A stretch of DNA of 61,832 nucleotides, the filler included, from Sphacelaria rigidula (taxonomy: Eukaryota): NCBI GenBank assembly GCA_964200075.2. It is 7 parts of 7 records of this genome, joined end to end, with 100 filler letters (N's around TTAATTAATTAA, not from the genome) between each part and the next. Parts side by side here need not be neighbours in the genome. Positions count along the whole stretch, not along the records: positions 17,698 to 26,445 come from CAXNAA020010205.1; positions 26,546 to 35,292 come from CAXNAA020010206.1; 5 more parts are not named here. The stretch is one strand, 5' to 3'. How positions within the stretch are numbered: the stretch's first letter is position 1; each line of letters opens with the position of its first letter. The translations under genes were made by a program, and so were the position numbers. Of the stretch, positions 23,287 through 35,392 are shown piece by piece. Under the pieces are notes generated by a model, which had not been told where the DNA came from, did not search any database, and worked only from the letters and a program-made list of their open reading frames with translations.

Positions 23287-26200
23287 TGCTGCTGCAGCAG
23301 CAGCGGAATATGTTTGAATGTTCGAAAGCGCGGCGAAACTCTTTCCCGACGATGCACGTGCACATATTACCGTGTAGCACTCCATCGTTGGTGCCATGAT
23401 GCAATGTCATGCATCACATTCGATCGACCGCAGCACGCTTCGGAGCCATGCCACGGTAGGGTTGCACTAAATATTCATCAGGTTCAAATTGTTGGAAGCC
23501 CTTCATCTCATCCAAAAACGAGTTATGAAAGATGTGAGAGTACGCTACGACCAGCATCTCAAGTGACTAGGGATATTTCGAATAAATTTCGAAAGGGAAT
23601 GTCCTGATCCGTATTCTCTTGTAGCTCCTAACTTTAGAAGCCTCTCAATGAGTATCATCTGGGCCCAAATGTGCAACCCTAAAATACCTTGGCATAACAC
23701 GTCATCTTGTCGCGACAGATAGAGCCAAGAAAGAAGCTGTCAACTCGTGTAACTCGAACAACAATATGAGGTCTTTTTCAGAAAGAGCAGAAGATACTTT
23801 CCTCGACCCGCCAGGGGGGAGGGGAAGTCATGCTTTTTCGGAGGGGGGGACGGAGTGGGGGGGGGGCACCCCTGGTTTCAGCTGGATATTTCTCACGAAG
23901 AAATACCCGAGATTGCAGAGTGATCTCGCTCAGATGTCTCAGGCCGCTTCTTATAGTTTGAAAAAAGTTCCTGACAAAACTAATTTTGGACGACTTTTCC
24001 CACAAACTTTTTCCAGAGAAAACAGTTTTCAGACCCCCACTCGTAGTCAATGACAAAATCGAGGGAATTTGTATACCCGAGGTCATCATCTAGCCTGCGT
24101 GCAGACGGTGGTGGTGGTCATCATTTGCATTTTGAGCTTGTGCCACCTGCGGTAAACCAAAACGTAAATAATCCCGGCGAGGTACAGGATAGATGGGATC
24201 GCAACATACACGTACACACACACACGCACACGCGCACGCACAGTAGCTACTGGTATCAGAGGGATCCGAATGATGGGCGTATCAATCCTTACTCCAGCCG
24301 ATCGCCGCGTGGTACAGTAGTAGTCGTGTTGTAAGCGGTGCAATGTGTGCAGCAGAACACGGTTTGTGCAATGCCGCACAGAACAAACCTTTCTGAGTCT
24401 TCACTTATATAATCCGGATCGAGTCACTCCACCGAAAACACCGAAAAGCTAGAGCCTGGGGTCGTAATTTCGCAGGACCCCCGGAGATCGGTCAAGCCCG
24501 GAAGTCACTGATGATTGATCACAGATGATTTTTTTTCCAATATTTGTCAAGAGGATTCAAGTATCTTCTGATGCCCATTTTTTGGCATCCAACAGTCACT
24601 GTGATGAGCGGTGGCAAGCAAAACAAAAATGGACAATCTTTGAGCAACTAAGAAATTACGGGTTCTGCATACTTCTGGCGCTGACTACTGTACAGAGTCC
24701 GCAATCAGTGGCGGACACGACGAGCATGAAACGATACGAGCAGTCAACGCGGCCATCAGGGGCGACATCGTGCGATTTTACGGTAGTAGCACTGCCGGCA
24801 AAAAAGCACTGTACTGTCTGTACTGTCTGCCCCTGGTCCGACGGTCATGAAGAGGATGCACGGAGTGCCGCAGAAGCTTGCTGTTGCCATGGTACTGTAC
24901 ATAAAACATGCACAGCTACTTTTGCACTGGCTGTACTTTGCTCGTATGCGAGGAGTGTGTGATGGAGCACTGACTGTACCGTTGCGGGTGCGGTGTGCGA
25001 AGAATGTGTGATGGAACGACAATTCCCAGACAGAGAAAAGTCTCTGAGAATCGATGTCTTTTCACAGAGATATTTGGAAGAATCCCGCTGTCTGGAATTT
25101 TTGGTCAGTTTCCAGATACTTTTTAAATAAAAAATGGCGCTATGAGGTCGCGTTCTGAAAAAAATATGTGGAAACTGACCAAAACGGCTTTTTTCAGAGG
25201 CTTTTTCAGTCCATTAGGCCCTTCAGAATGTTCGCACGTACATCGTGCCCGCCTCTGGTTCCGAGACAACCAACGTTGAAGCAGGCATCACATGAGGGTG
25301 TTTCACCGACTGTACAAGTAGTGCTCAAATTGAAGTTGTGATATTCCACAGTATCAGCTGCATTTAGCCCAGAGCAGAAACCACCCGAGGAAGATGGAGT
25401 GTCACAATCAGCACGGATAGCAGGCGCAACAGGCATTCCTTACGGGAAAGGAATCAACATCACGAAGGCAGTACGGCACGGCGTAAATCGCAAGCAGTTG
25501 ATATTCAAAGCTTGCCCCTGGCCGGGAGTTAACCCTTAGACAGCGACCCCCCGGCAGGTGGACTGAGTTGGACTATGCCACATTCGGGGTTCAAAACTGC
25601 TCTTTTATCGCTACACAAAACGCCTTTCTCATTAACATATGGATATTTGTCATCTACAAAGGGAATAGTCCCGGAGAAACCCTGACCAGTTTTGACCCTG
25701 CAGTCAACTGCGTGCAGAGTCGGTATATGTGCGTGCTGTATGTCTTCACTGGATACAACGGCAAGAAACAGTATAAGTGTGCTATCGCTCTGCAAACAAC
25801 ACAATTTACTGCATGCTGCTGATGCCGCTGCCTAGTGCTCGAAAACAACACTACAGACATTGTGAAGCTATGCTGGCAGCACATGGGGGGTCATGCAGGC
25901 GGCGTAGACCATGAGCTGAAACAAGTTATTTGTACCCGTGTAATCTATGGTTTATTTCCCATTACCAAAAAGAGTCGTGGGGGTAGACAGCGAATTAGTC
26001 CAAAGTAGTCCACCCGAACCGGAAGAAAGTGCTCATTTTGACGACCGTGATCGGTCAGAATGGGGATCCCGGGCCTCTCGGGCCTCGTGCACGGGTCATA
26101 ATTATCCCCCGGAAACTCCTAAACACACATGGTTGGCTGGACGAGCTTTTCGGCCCCTCTGGCGGGGTCTTATTAGAAGTGATCATCACTGTTGAAAAAA

Positions 26201-26445
26201 TCACTTTTGAAGAAGTGATTGCCCCCACAACGACCAGTGCTGCGTCTTATCGACAATCAATTTTGGCCAGATCGAAGCCCAGATCTGCACACAGGTGAAA
26301 AATGCAGCGGTTCTGGAAGTGGCCGTTAGTCCAATATCTCTGTACGAGCTGGGCCAGCCTAGAAACGGATTTAACCCTTAGACGACGAGCGTCGCCTCGG
26401 AACAGTTGTACAGGCGGACAGTCCCGAGGCATCCAGGGGTTTCCA

Positions 26446-26545
26446 NNNNNNNNNNNNNNNNNNNNNNNNNNNNNNNNNNNNNNNNNNNNTTAATTAATTA
26501 ANNNNNNNNNNNNNNNNNNNNNNNNNNNNNNNNNNNNNNNNNNNN
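26446..26545. other. Artificial 100-nt spacer
   Basis: N44-TTAATTAATTAA-N44. Confidence 0.98.
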
Positions 26546-26625
26546 AGACTAGCCAGTATGCGACAAAAACCCGAGGGAAGTACCGTCCACAAGTGCCTTC
26601 GATCGTAACCGGGGGGTAGGGGGCG

Positions 26626-27722
26626 TACTCATTTGTGGCTTGCCCTATTCGTGTGAACATTGACCACGCATCCCTTCCGAGATGGAGCACCGTTCCTACT
26701 CCTTGTAGAAACACCTCCAACATTCCGGCGCTCGTTACGTTTCCTCCATACATTGCACAAAAACCTTGTACATGTCTCATCCCTGTCCTGTTTCGCCGTC
26801 TTCGGCCACCATCTATCTCCTAGTATAGCCATCGTTTTCTCGCTACTATCTAGTGCGTCAAATGATTTCATGTCACCTTCGTTCACGCCCCGCATTTTCC
26901 GCTTTAGCACGTCTCGTTCCTCTTTGTGTAGTTCACACCCCGCCACTTTATGACTTCTGCTTTCTATTGCTTTGTCACAGGGGTACTTTTGCCAATATAC
27001 TTCCTCCTCCACACGACTACTGGCACACCTCTTTCTTCTTTCTGGCAGGTCCAGGTCCCCCACCCGAAATCGCAGTTTCAAATTTTTCGCCGCGTCCATT
27101 GGGTCATGAAAATATGTTTTCATCTCTATCCCCTCTCTCAACCCCCCGTACATCTTCAGGTGTTCTTCCTCATCTACTTGGCGTCTGAGCGCACCTTTCC
27201 TCCTTATTTCCACCATGTCTCTTACTTTTGTCTTGTACCCCGCGCCTTCACCTATGGTCAGTATTTCGTGTTGGTTTCTTCCTATCTCCTTCCACACTTT
27301 CTCGACTTCTCGATGCCACCTTTTTCCAGTCTTCCCTCTCGTACTTTTCTTCCATATAGCCTTGTCAACTATAGCTGGCAATCTCTTTCTCTGCATGTTC
27401 TTGAAGCTACATTGTCATCTCAATTTCCTCATGTCTCTGTGAGTTTAAAGTGAGTACATTCCCAACTCCGCTCTCAATGCTGTATTACTCGTCGTTTTCG
27501 AGGATTCGAGTATCTTCTCAGCTGTTGCCATCGTGCTGTTTCTAACGTCTTCGCCAGCTTGACGTTCCCTTCCCATGCTTCTCCTGTATATTCCAGCTTT
27601 GGTACGATCACGGATACAGCTCTTAATCCTAGTGTCTAGATGCGAGTTTCTGAGGACCACGTTCATCCTTTCTATCTGTGCCTTACCCTTTTCTATTACT
27701 TTTTCTATATGTGCATCTCAAG
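26626..27722 (-). mobile_element. 5'-truncated non-LTR retrotransposon (LINE) ORF2 C-terminal fragment
   Basis: RT thumb-like region (KILESSKTTSNTALRAELGMYSL) and a C-terminal Cys/His motif (PCDKAIESRSHKVAGC). The ORF ends TGA-GTA followed by a C-run. Paralogous to 28941-29895. Confidence 0.85.
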
Positions 27723-28176
27723 AACAGTTTCGCGGAGGGGGGCGGGGGGGGGGGGCATATTCATCTGTTGCTTGCCTTAGTCGTTTGACCATTGACCCCG
27801 CATCCCTTTCTAGCCGGNNNNNNNNNNGGTTTCGGGTTTTGCTTGGTAGACGTGGGGGGCGGGGGGGGGGAGGGGGGTGGGGGGGGCGGGTTAGGGGGGT
27901 GTCATATTCATCTGTTGCTTGCCTTAGTCGTTTGACCATTGACCACGCATCCCTTTCGAGACGGAGTGGGGGGTAGGGGGGAAGGTTCATACCTTCATCC
28001 TGCAAGAGAGGGTCATCCCTGGTTTCCCAAAAGGAGACCGCAGTTTTTGCCATAACACCAATACAAGGTTAGCCTCCAATTTCCGAAGATATTGTGCGAT
28101 CGTAACGCGTCAAAATTACAACTCCATCCGTACGGTAACAGAGTATCTCCAAAAACCGTCATGCTAGCGGTCTTGC

Positions 28177-28280
28177 CTGTGAGCTGTTTGCCTGCCGCCG
28201 TCACTCAAGTCTTCGAGGAATTTAACCAAAGGAACAGCGCACTCCGGCAAAGCCGCCGCTTGCGCTCCCCAGTACGCCAT
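28177..28280 (-). CDS. GH95 alpha-L-fucosidase, exon F (probable GC donor)
   Basis: gcag|ATGGCGTACTGG. MAYWGAQAAALPECAVPLVKFLEDLSDGGRQTAH matches the GH95 pattern MnYW.a...nL.E...Pl...l..l...G..tA. Ends AG|gcaaga. Confidence 0.85.
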
Positions 28281-28803
28281 CTGCTCGCAACGCGTTGCTC
28301 AAACACATGAACCATGCGGTGCTGACGATGGGGACAAATATAACCTGACATCTTCTATAGTCGAGAAAACGGCGGATAGCTTACCTGAGAACACGGAGTG
28401 CTTAACGCGAGAGTTGTGTCGATGGCCATCACGTTGGTTCTGATAATAAACAATGAATATATTCCTCAGTAGGCCCACGGCGAGAGTCATGGTGCATTCT
28501 CTCTGAAAGAAAATCGCGACTTGCGGCAACATTTGAGCAAGGAACAAGCAGCAGTTGACATTCAACTTGATTGGCGTTGACCATCAACGTCGAGCATAAA
28601 CGCGTTCCGTTCGTTCTTTTCTTTCGTCGCCCACGAACGAACTTCCCACGGCCGAACCCGAGATAGATCTGATGGAGGGCGCGCGTGAAGATGCCAACAG
28701 TCGGGGCCTGCTGTGGATTCATCACGCGACATGAACAAAAAAAACCGTCGAAGGACTATATTTATATGACTATATACTTGCGTTTAAGATACAGATCACC
28801 CAC

Positions 28804-28921
28804 CTGTAGGTTGATGTTCATGTGGTAGTCACCCTCCCACTTGGCTTTGCGAGAGTTCGCCCACAATCCTTGCAGGTTCAGTGGACGACCCCCAGGTCGG
28901 CTCCCGCTGATCAGCAGGTAC
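28804..28921 (-). CDS. GH95 alpha-L-fucosidase, exon E
   Basis: tacag|G TAC...CAG|gtgggt, phase 2/0. [39 protein letters not shown] is the hallmark GH95 motif. Confidence 0.96.
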
Positions 28922-28940
28922 CTGTAGAGCGCGGGGGGGG

Positions 28941-29895
28941 TACTCATCGGTGGCTTGCCTTAGTCGTTTGACCATTGACCACGTATCCCTTTCCAGACGG
29001 AACACTGTTCCTACTCCTAATAGAGACACCTCTAACATTCCGGCGCTCATTACGTTTCTCCCATACATTGCACAAAACCCTCGTACATATCTTATCCCCG
29101 TCCTGTTTCGCCGTCTGTGGCCACCATCTATCTCCTAGTATAGCCATTGTTTTCTCCCTACTGTCTAATGCGTCAAACGATTTCATGCCACCTTCGTTCA
29201 TGTCCCGAATACCCCCCCCTAGCACGACCCGTTCCTGCTTGTATAGTTCACATGCTGCAACTATATGATTTGTGCTCTCTATTGCGTTGCCACAGAGGCA
29301 GTTCTGTCTATCTTCTTCCTCCTCCGCACGACTGCTGGCATACCTCTTGCTTTTTTCTGGCAGGTCCAGGTCCCCCACCCGAAATCTCAGTTTCAAATAA
29401 TTCCCCGCGTGCATTGGGCCATTATGCAAATACGTTTTCATCCCGATTCCCTCTCTCAATCCCCCGTATATCTTCAGGTGTCCCTTCTTGTCTACTTGGC
29501 GTCTGAGCGTTCCTTTCCTCCTTATTTCCATCATGTCTCTTACTTTTGTCTTGTACCCCGCGATTTCACCTTTGGACAGTATTTCGTCGTGGTTTCCTCC
29601 TATATTCTTCCATACTTTCTCGACTTCTCTTTCCCATCTTATTCCAGTCTGCCGTGTCGTACTTTTCTTCCATATAGCCTTATTAACTGTAGCTGTCAGT
29701 CTCTTTCTCTGCATGTTCTTTACGCTATCTTGTCGCAATTTCTCGTGTCTCTGTTGGTATCAAGTGAGTAAGTACGTTCCCAACTCTGCTCTAATTGCCG
29801 TATTACTCGTCGTTTTCGAGCAACCAAGTATTTTCTCAGCTGCTGCCGTCTGAACTGATTCTAACTCCTTCGCCAACGTCGCGTTCCCCTCCAAG
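28941..29895 (-). mobile_element. 5'-truncated LINE ORF2 C-terminal fragment in a GH95 intron
   Basis: KILGCSKTTSNTAIRAELGTY...LKLRFRVGDLDLPE...CLCGNAIESTNHIVAAC. Ends TGAGTA(C)8 about 20 nt before the exon E acceptor. Confidence 0.87.
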
Positions 29896-30780
29896 GGGAG
29901 AGGGTGAATATGCATTTTTACTTTTCGCCTGTTGGACAGCGGAGTGGGGGGATACGGGTGGGTAAATAAGCCACCATGCCCGGAAGTCATACTTCCACTC
30001 TCGACGATGCAACTTGAGATACTCGGCAGAGGTTTCGCCCCAGCCTTTGGATCCAACCCCGGTTGTTTACCGCTGACAATGAGGCAAAGGAACAAGCACA
30101 ACGAGGCCGGCTGACATCTTTGTCGGGGTGACACTCGAAGAAAACACAACTGATTTGATACCCCGGACTACATGTGCACATGCACAGTGTTGGTTGGGCG
30201 CGCCGCCTCATGTGTGGTGGCCACTGTTAACTTGAAACACCGTAAAGAGTTCACGCCTCGAACCGCGTCCACCCTGTGAATTGATCGGATATTCTGCCGT
30301 GCTCAAGGTACACAAGACGATGGAACCCCCGGCTTAGACGTCTACTGTAGTATATGTTCGTCTACGTGAATGCTCGTGGCTCAAATGTCACCCTGTCGCC
30401 CGTCACATGGACACTCCCAACAACAGGAAAGCTGCATTTTCTCGTGGGGTTTGCAGCACAAATCCCGAATCGGTGGCACATGACTTCGTCCTCCTCACGC
30501 CGGATTCAGAATATTAAACAATGTGACAGACGTGCGACCAGGGAAACATACACCCTGCGAAACCCTGCGAAATCGAGTCACGAGAACATCGGCACCGGTC
30601 GTCCGGCTGGGTTCTTTTCGGTACAGTTCTCATGATCAGCAGGTAGACAGCGACGGGCTACGCCAGCCTGTCACGCTTCGCTGGCGCTGGAGCCATTCCG
30701 AAATGCCCACCGGACACTATGCATACCAAATTTCCACGGAACACAACAAGTATATCCGGCGTAATAAATGACTATCTCAC

Positions 30781-31625
30781 CTTCCGTAGTGATACATCAA
30801 TTCGATCAGCCCGTCGTCCGCAATCTCCCCCTTTGCCACCTCCGCTTCTCCTGCATCTCGGGCCACACACACCTGTCCAGACCTCGAAACCCTCTCCCTG
30901 ATCGGCAATCCAATCGTGGAGCAAATCTCACCCCCTCTCCCACCCGCTCCCTGCGGTGTGGATTCATCACGTTCATCCGCGAGAGAAAATTCAACCCTAT
31001 CCATCAAAGACTCTACATCAAGAACATGCCGCTGTTGCAGTTGGTCGAATCCCTTCGCCGCGGCGGATTCCAATCTGTCCATGCAGGATCGCCGCATGCG
31101 GTCTTCACTGACGCCATCGTCGCGATCCAGGCGTGTCGTCTTGCGACCATGTATTCCTGCAGCTGACTGTTCTGTCGAGGACGTCAACGCCCTTGCCGAT
31201 TTCTCCACCGAGGATTTCGACGCTGTTTTCGCCGAGTTGGACAACTTTTGTTTTCGTCGTTTAGATAGCATCTTCTTGACTTTCTTGGTTGTTTCCGGGT
31301 CCACTCTTTCGCGTGACTTTGGTCTCGCTCTTCCCGGAGTTAGGCGGCTGCGATGGGTCCGCCTGTTGTTCACCCCCCTCGCTTGCGCTGCTGCCACTAT
31401 ACTTGTGTCTTCCCGAGCAGTCAAGCGGCGTTGCCTTGTCTTGTCGGCAAGGACAGCGTCTTCTGTGACAACAGCGACTAGCACCACCGCCTCCTCCATT
31501 TGCAAGCTTGCTGAGAGGTCAGCTCGATGACGGTTGGGATGTGCTGTCTTTTTGCGAGGATTCGAAGGCGGGACGTTGCGCTCACGAACCTCCGTGCTCA
31601 TCCGCCTATGCGAAGGAGGCATTAC
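30781..31625 (-). CDS. GH95 alpha-L-fucosidase, exon D (5' boundary inferred from phase)
   Basis: 845 nt open, phase 0/2, ends GGAAG|gtgaga. Contains EEAVVLVAVVT, LESAAAKGFDQLQQRHVLDVESLMDRVEFSL, LPIRERV and DGLIELMYHYGR, which join YLLIS of exon E. Confidence 0.85.
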
Positions 31626-33133
31626 CTTCGTGGATTTACAACAAATCCGGGTAAACAAGACGGGGCGTGAAGAGAGGGCACGGAAAGAGGGTGGAGTGAG
31701 TGGTATTCATGGAGGGAGCCAAAAGACCTATGGGAAGGAGGAAGTTTTCCCGGGCATTCATGAGGAATCGGGGCAAATAATACGGGACGTGAAGAGAGGG
31801 CAGGGAACGGGGACGAACACGACACCCATGAGCAGTGCTACGGTAGGGGTTGCGCTTTTTGTTTCTGGGTCTCGTTTTTGTAGGAGCCCGAACATATGGG
31901 GCTTACTGTGCAACCCAAATCTCCGGGGACAGGACATGGAGATGCACACAGGGGCCTTTTCGTGAATCGGCATCATTTTCAGCATTTTTCAAGTGAAAAT
32001 AATACCGATTCTCAAAATGATCCGTGCCACACCCCGAGGAACATTTTCGCTCAAAAAGTGCAACCCTACCGTAGCATCACCCCCATGGAAGAAGCGAAAA
32101 AAAAAAAAGGGACATCATATCAAGCATCACCTCCCACCTCCCAATAAGACCAATCAAATCATCGCGCGCCCAAATTTCCAGACCCCAGTCGACGGGTGTC
32201 GCAAGCCCCAGGGGGACATCACCATTTGTCATTGACATGGTGGACCACACGAGTGAAGAGACAGGTTGCTTGAATTGTTTGCACTAATTTTACGTGCAAA
32301 GTTGCGAGCACTTACGGGCCAACCGATCCTTTACGAATTTCTGGGGATATCTTACTCCAAAAGCATGCACTTGAAGAAGGGTGGAGGGTCAATGCTCAGC
32401 ACAAGTGCACAGATCGATGCGTACGGTAAAACTGTATTGTCCAGGCTCCGTGTGGCGCAGGTCACCTTTGCCATGCTCTGTGTAGCTTCGGCTTCTGTAT
32501 TGCTAGCACCATGAGAGTGGGTTCAAAAAGGCATTGCCGAAGCGGGCACCCACGCTTGACATGCGTCGGGAGGCACGTTAGTGTCCGGTGAATCATTAGA
32601 TGTGTCTATCGCTGTCAGAGAAGTTGTCAACTGAGCGAAGACGCGCAGCGCAGAATCGGCATGTTCCAATACGAAGTATGTGAAATATTGGTGACTAGCT
32701 TCGAAAGAGACTGTTATAGATAACAGTACGGTAGCAGCGAGTAAATGCCGTATTGTACATCTACCAGCCCACTGCACACCTACCAACCACTGCACCGACA
32801 AAAACACTTGCACACCGCCATAACACTCATCCAGTTTGTCAATTATGCTGGATGACGAGTGTCGCTCCTAACACAGGTCATTGGCTTACGCAAGCCTCAA
32901 CAATGATGAGCACATCGTGCGACACGACAATCGGTCAACCTCAACCACACGCCCGGGGATAGATGCTACCAGTTATGTTTCCACACGAAATCTGGTTAAT
33001 CGCCAAGTTTCGAGGATTACTGGATATGACTCTTGCAGGAGCGTTCCCAAGCGCATAGGAATGAACTGACAACATACATGAATGAAATCGGTCGAGTGGA
33101 CGCCATGTTGCCAGATCTTTCAGCACATCGCAC

Positions 33134-33482
33134 CTTGTGTTTCACAACCCGCGCGTCGTTTCCCAACCGTTCCCCCATCTCATCGCCGCCACGCATGTTT
33201 ACAGAAAAACCATCGTCGCGCCCCGCTCGTTGAAACTCTTCCGCCAACACGCCACCAACTTCCCCCGAACCCCCCTGTGGAAAAACGGCGACACACACGT
33301 GGAAACCCAACTCGGCCTCGCTGCCGCCTGGGGGCCGAAAAGCGCCAACATATGCCCCAGTCCTATCTTCGAGCTTGTCAGGGAGATTTTTGCCATGTGG
33401 TTCTTGTTTGTCGGTTTTAGGGGGTAGCTGCCACGCCTCTGTCGAGTGAGAATTGCCTCGTCGTTTCGGTGTCAAACGGAGG
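33134..33482 (-). CDS. GH95 alpha-L-fucosidase, exon C
   Basis: tgccag|C CTC...AAG|gtgcga, 349 nt open, phase 2/0, compatible with both neighbours. Confidence 0.75.
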
Positions 33483-33783
33483 CTGGCAGAGGGAGAGGTG
33501 CGGGGAAGGATATGCATGATGAAGCAGAGTACGTCACGTTGGTTCTTTGTTCGAACATGACAACCTTTCAAATTCCGCTTTGGTGATCGACCTCTCAGCG
33601 TTGCGATTGTTGATAACAGATGAGGAATACGTCCCCCTGAGCGGCGTTTATTTATTCGAATTTGTGACGGTCAGTTTACACCCGATCGACCGTCTGTTGC
33701 GTTTCTACCCAGCAGAGTAACGCAACAAGTCTCAGACGTGCGTATTTTTTGCGCCAACACTTTTTTTGTGCGTCGTATCTCAC

Positions 33784-33928
33784 CCGAGGCAACCATTTCC
33801 ACTGCCTTCCTCAACGCAACGATATCGCATCGCCAAAACCCCGTCCACATGGCTGGCAAACGCTTCCCTAGAATGCAACCGCCGCACGCTGTCCTGCCCC
33901 GCTTCCTTAGAGACGAAGCTTGCCTCCG
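33784..33928 (-). CDS. GH95 alpha-L-fucosidase, exon B
   Basis: gcatag|CG GAG...GG|gtgaga, phase 1/2. HSREAFASHVDGVLAMRY matches the GH95 N-domain pattern RE.FaS.pD.vi. Confidence 0.88.
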
Positions 33929-34846
33929 CTATGCAAACACGCACGACAAACAGGAAGCGCAAAGACGAAGCGCTACACTTTTTCAACGAGTACTGACGCG
34001 CCGTGGCTACAAATGAAGACGAGCATACCTTCGAGTTGTGACTTCTGATCCGCTGTGCTACCGAGTCTCCCACAGCTCGATACACTCCTCTGTTGCTCGT
34101 ACTTTGACCGCCCATAGCCTATGATTGAATCCTGGCATAAGTTTACTGATGAAAAAGCATATAAATCGTAACAGGCACCATAGCTATCAGTTCCGGCTCC
34201 ACACATTGTTGTTAATGTTGTTGTTTATATGGTTGTTGTTGTCTTCACTACACACCCGTATCAGCCCTCCTGTTTTTTGGGCATATACAAAGCCTTCTTA
34301 ATCGCTGGGAAAACATTCTAAAATCACCTTAAATCCCGTTACAGCAGCTGCAGTCATAACGCAACGCACATAAAACCACCATTTTCTTACACCCTCCCGG
34401 AAGTCAACCGCCCCACCGATGTATATTCACCATATCAGTTCAGTATATTTTTACTCCGGCTGACTAGCTAGTATCGAGCACTCGAAAACAGTGCAGTGTA
34501 ACCAGTGTCACCAGTAAACCAACTTCCGTGTTACATGTTTGACGACGTGTGGCGGCTATAGTACTTGAATTTAGAGCAAGCCCCCGACCACAAATCTGAA
34601 CTCTCACGTAAAAATTAGGGTGTTGCGTGTTTTCGGCTCTCATGACACACTTCTTGTCTTTCGGCAAAATGGACCCTACAACACAAGCAACAAGCACCGC
34701 ACTGATAGCACGCAACTCTCTCCGCCATTTTCCAGGTGCCGAATCTGGCAGAAATATCCCTGCCAGTGACTTCAGTCAAACTAAGCCAACCTCCTCTCTC
34801 CCCCCCCCTCTTCAAATCACAAGTGATGACAACACAGCCTGCTCAC

Positions 34847-35094
34847 CTGTTCCGTTGTTGAGGTGTAGGTGTCGTATATAGCCCTCGACTTCTCCCATAC
34901 CCCCACCTCCATCCTCGCCACCGTCACCTCCCGCTGCAGCAGAGGTTGTAGAGAACTCGAGGTGCAGCTCTGCCGCATATTCAAAAGAGCTGGCGAAGCC
35001 TTGTTTCGTCGTCGGCATTTTACCTGCTGCCTCGTTTGCCGCTCGAATATCCCCCCGTAGTAGAGCCTCTCTCGCCTTCTTGAAGTACCCATAT
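34847..35094 (-). CDS. GH95 alpha-L-fucosidase, exon A (gene continues upstream)
   Basis: tcccag|A TAT...G|gtgagc, phase 2/1. FKKAREALLRGDIRAANEAA..SFEYAAELHLEF..YIRHLHLNNG matches the GH95 N-terminal domain. Confidence 0.88.
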
Positions 35095-35292
35095 CTGGGA
35101 CAGGTGAGGATGGGGAGTTAAGGGTGTGTTACCACCGATCAGGGAGCGTGCAGAGGTGGAGGGGGGGAGGGGGGGAGCAAGGGGGGTATGCAAGATCGAT
35201 TTTCAGGCATATAGTTCAATCGTTCTCAAAAATGAGCATTAAATGATACAAGGGTCGGACAAATAATGATTCGTCTGGAATTACTTGGTTTT

Positions 35293-35392
35293 NNNNNNNN
35301 NNNNNNNNNNNNNNNNNNNNNNNNNNNNNNNNNNNNTTAATTAATTAANNNNNNNNNNNNNNNNNNNNNNNNNNNNNNNNNNNNNNNNNNNN
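35293..35392. other. Artificial 100-nt spacer
   Basis: N44-TTAATTAATTAA-N44. Confidence 0.98.

Noticed and set aside
26629..29738. The 255-aa and 264-aa ORFs as paralogous host genes
   Set aside because: They are C-terminal fragments of LINE ORF2 lying in GH95 introns, with frameshifted upstream parts.
30777..31658. The 293-aa ORF as a stand-alone gene
   Set aside because: It is one exon of the GH95 gene; a splice donor at 30781 joins YGR to YLLIS.
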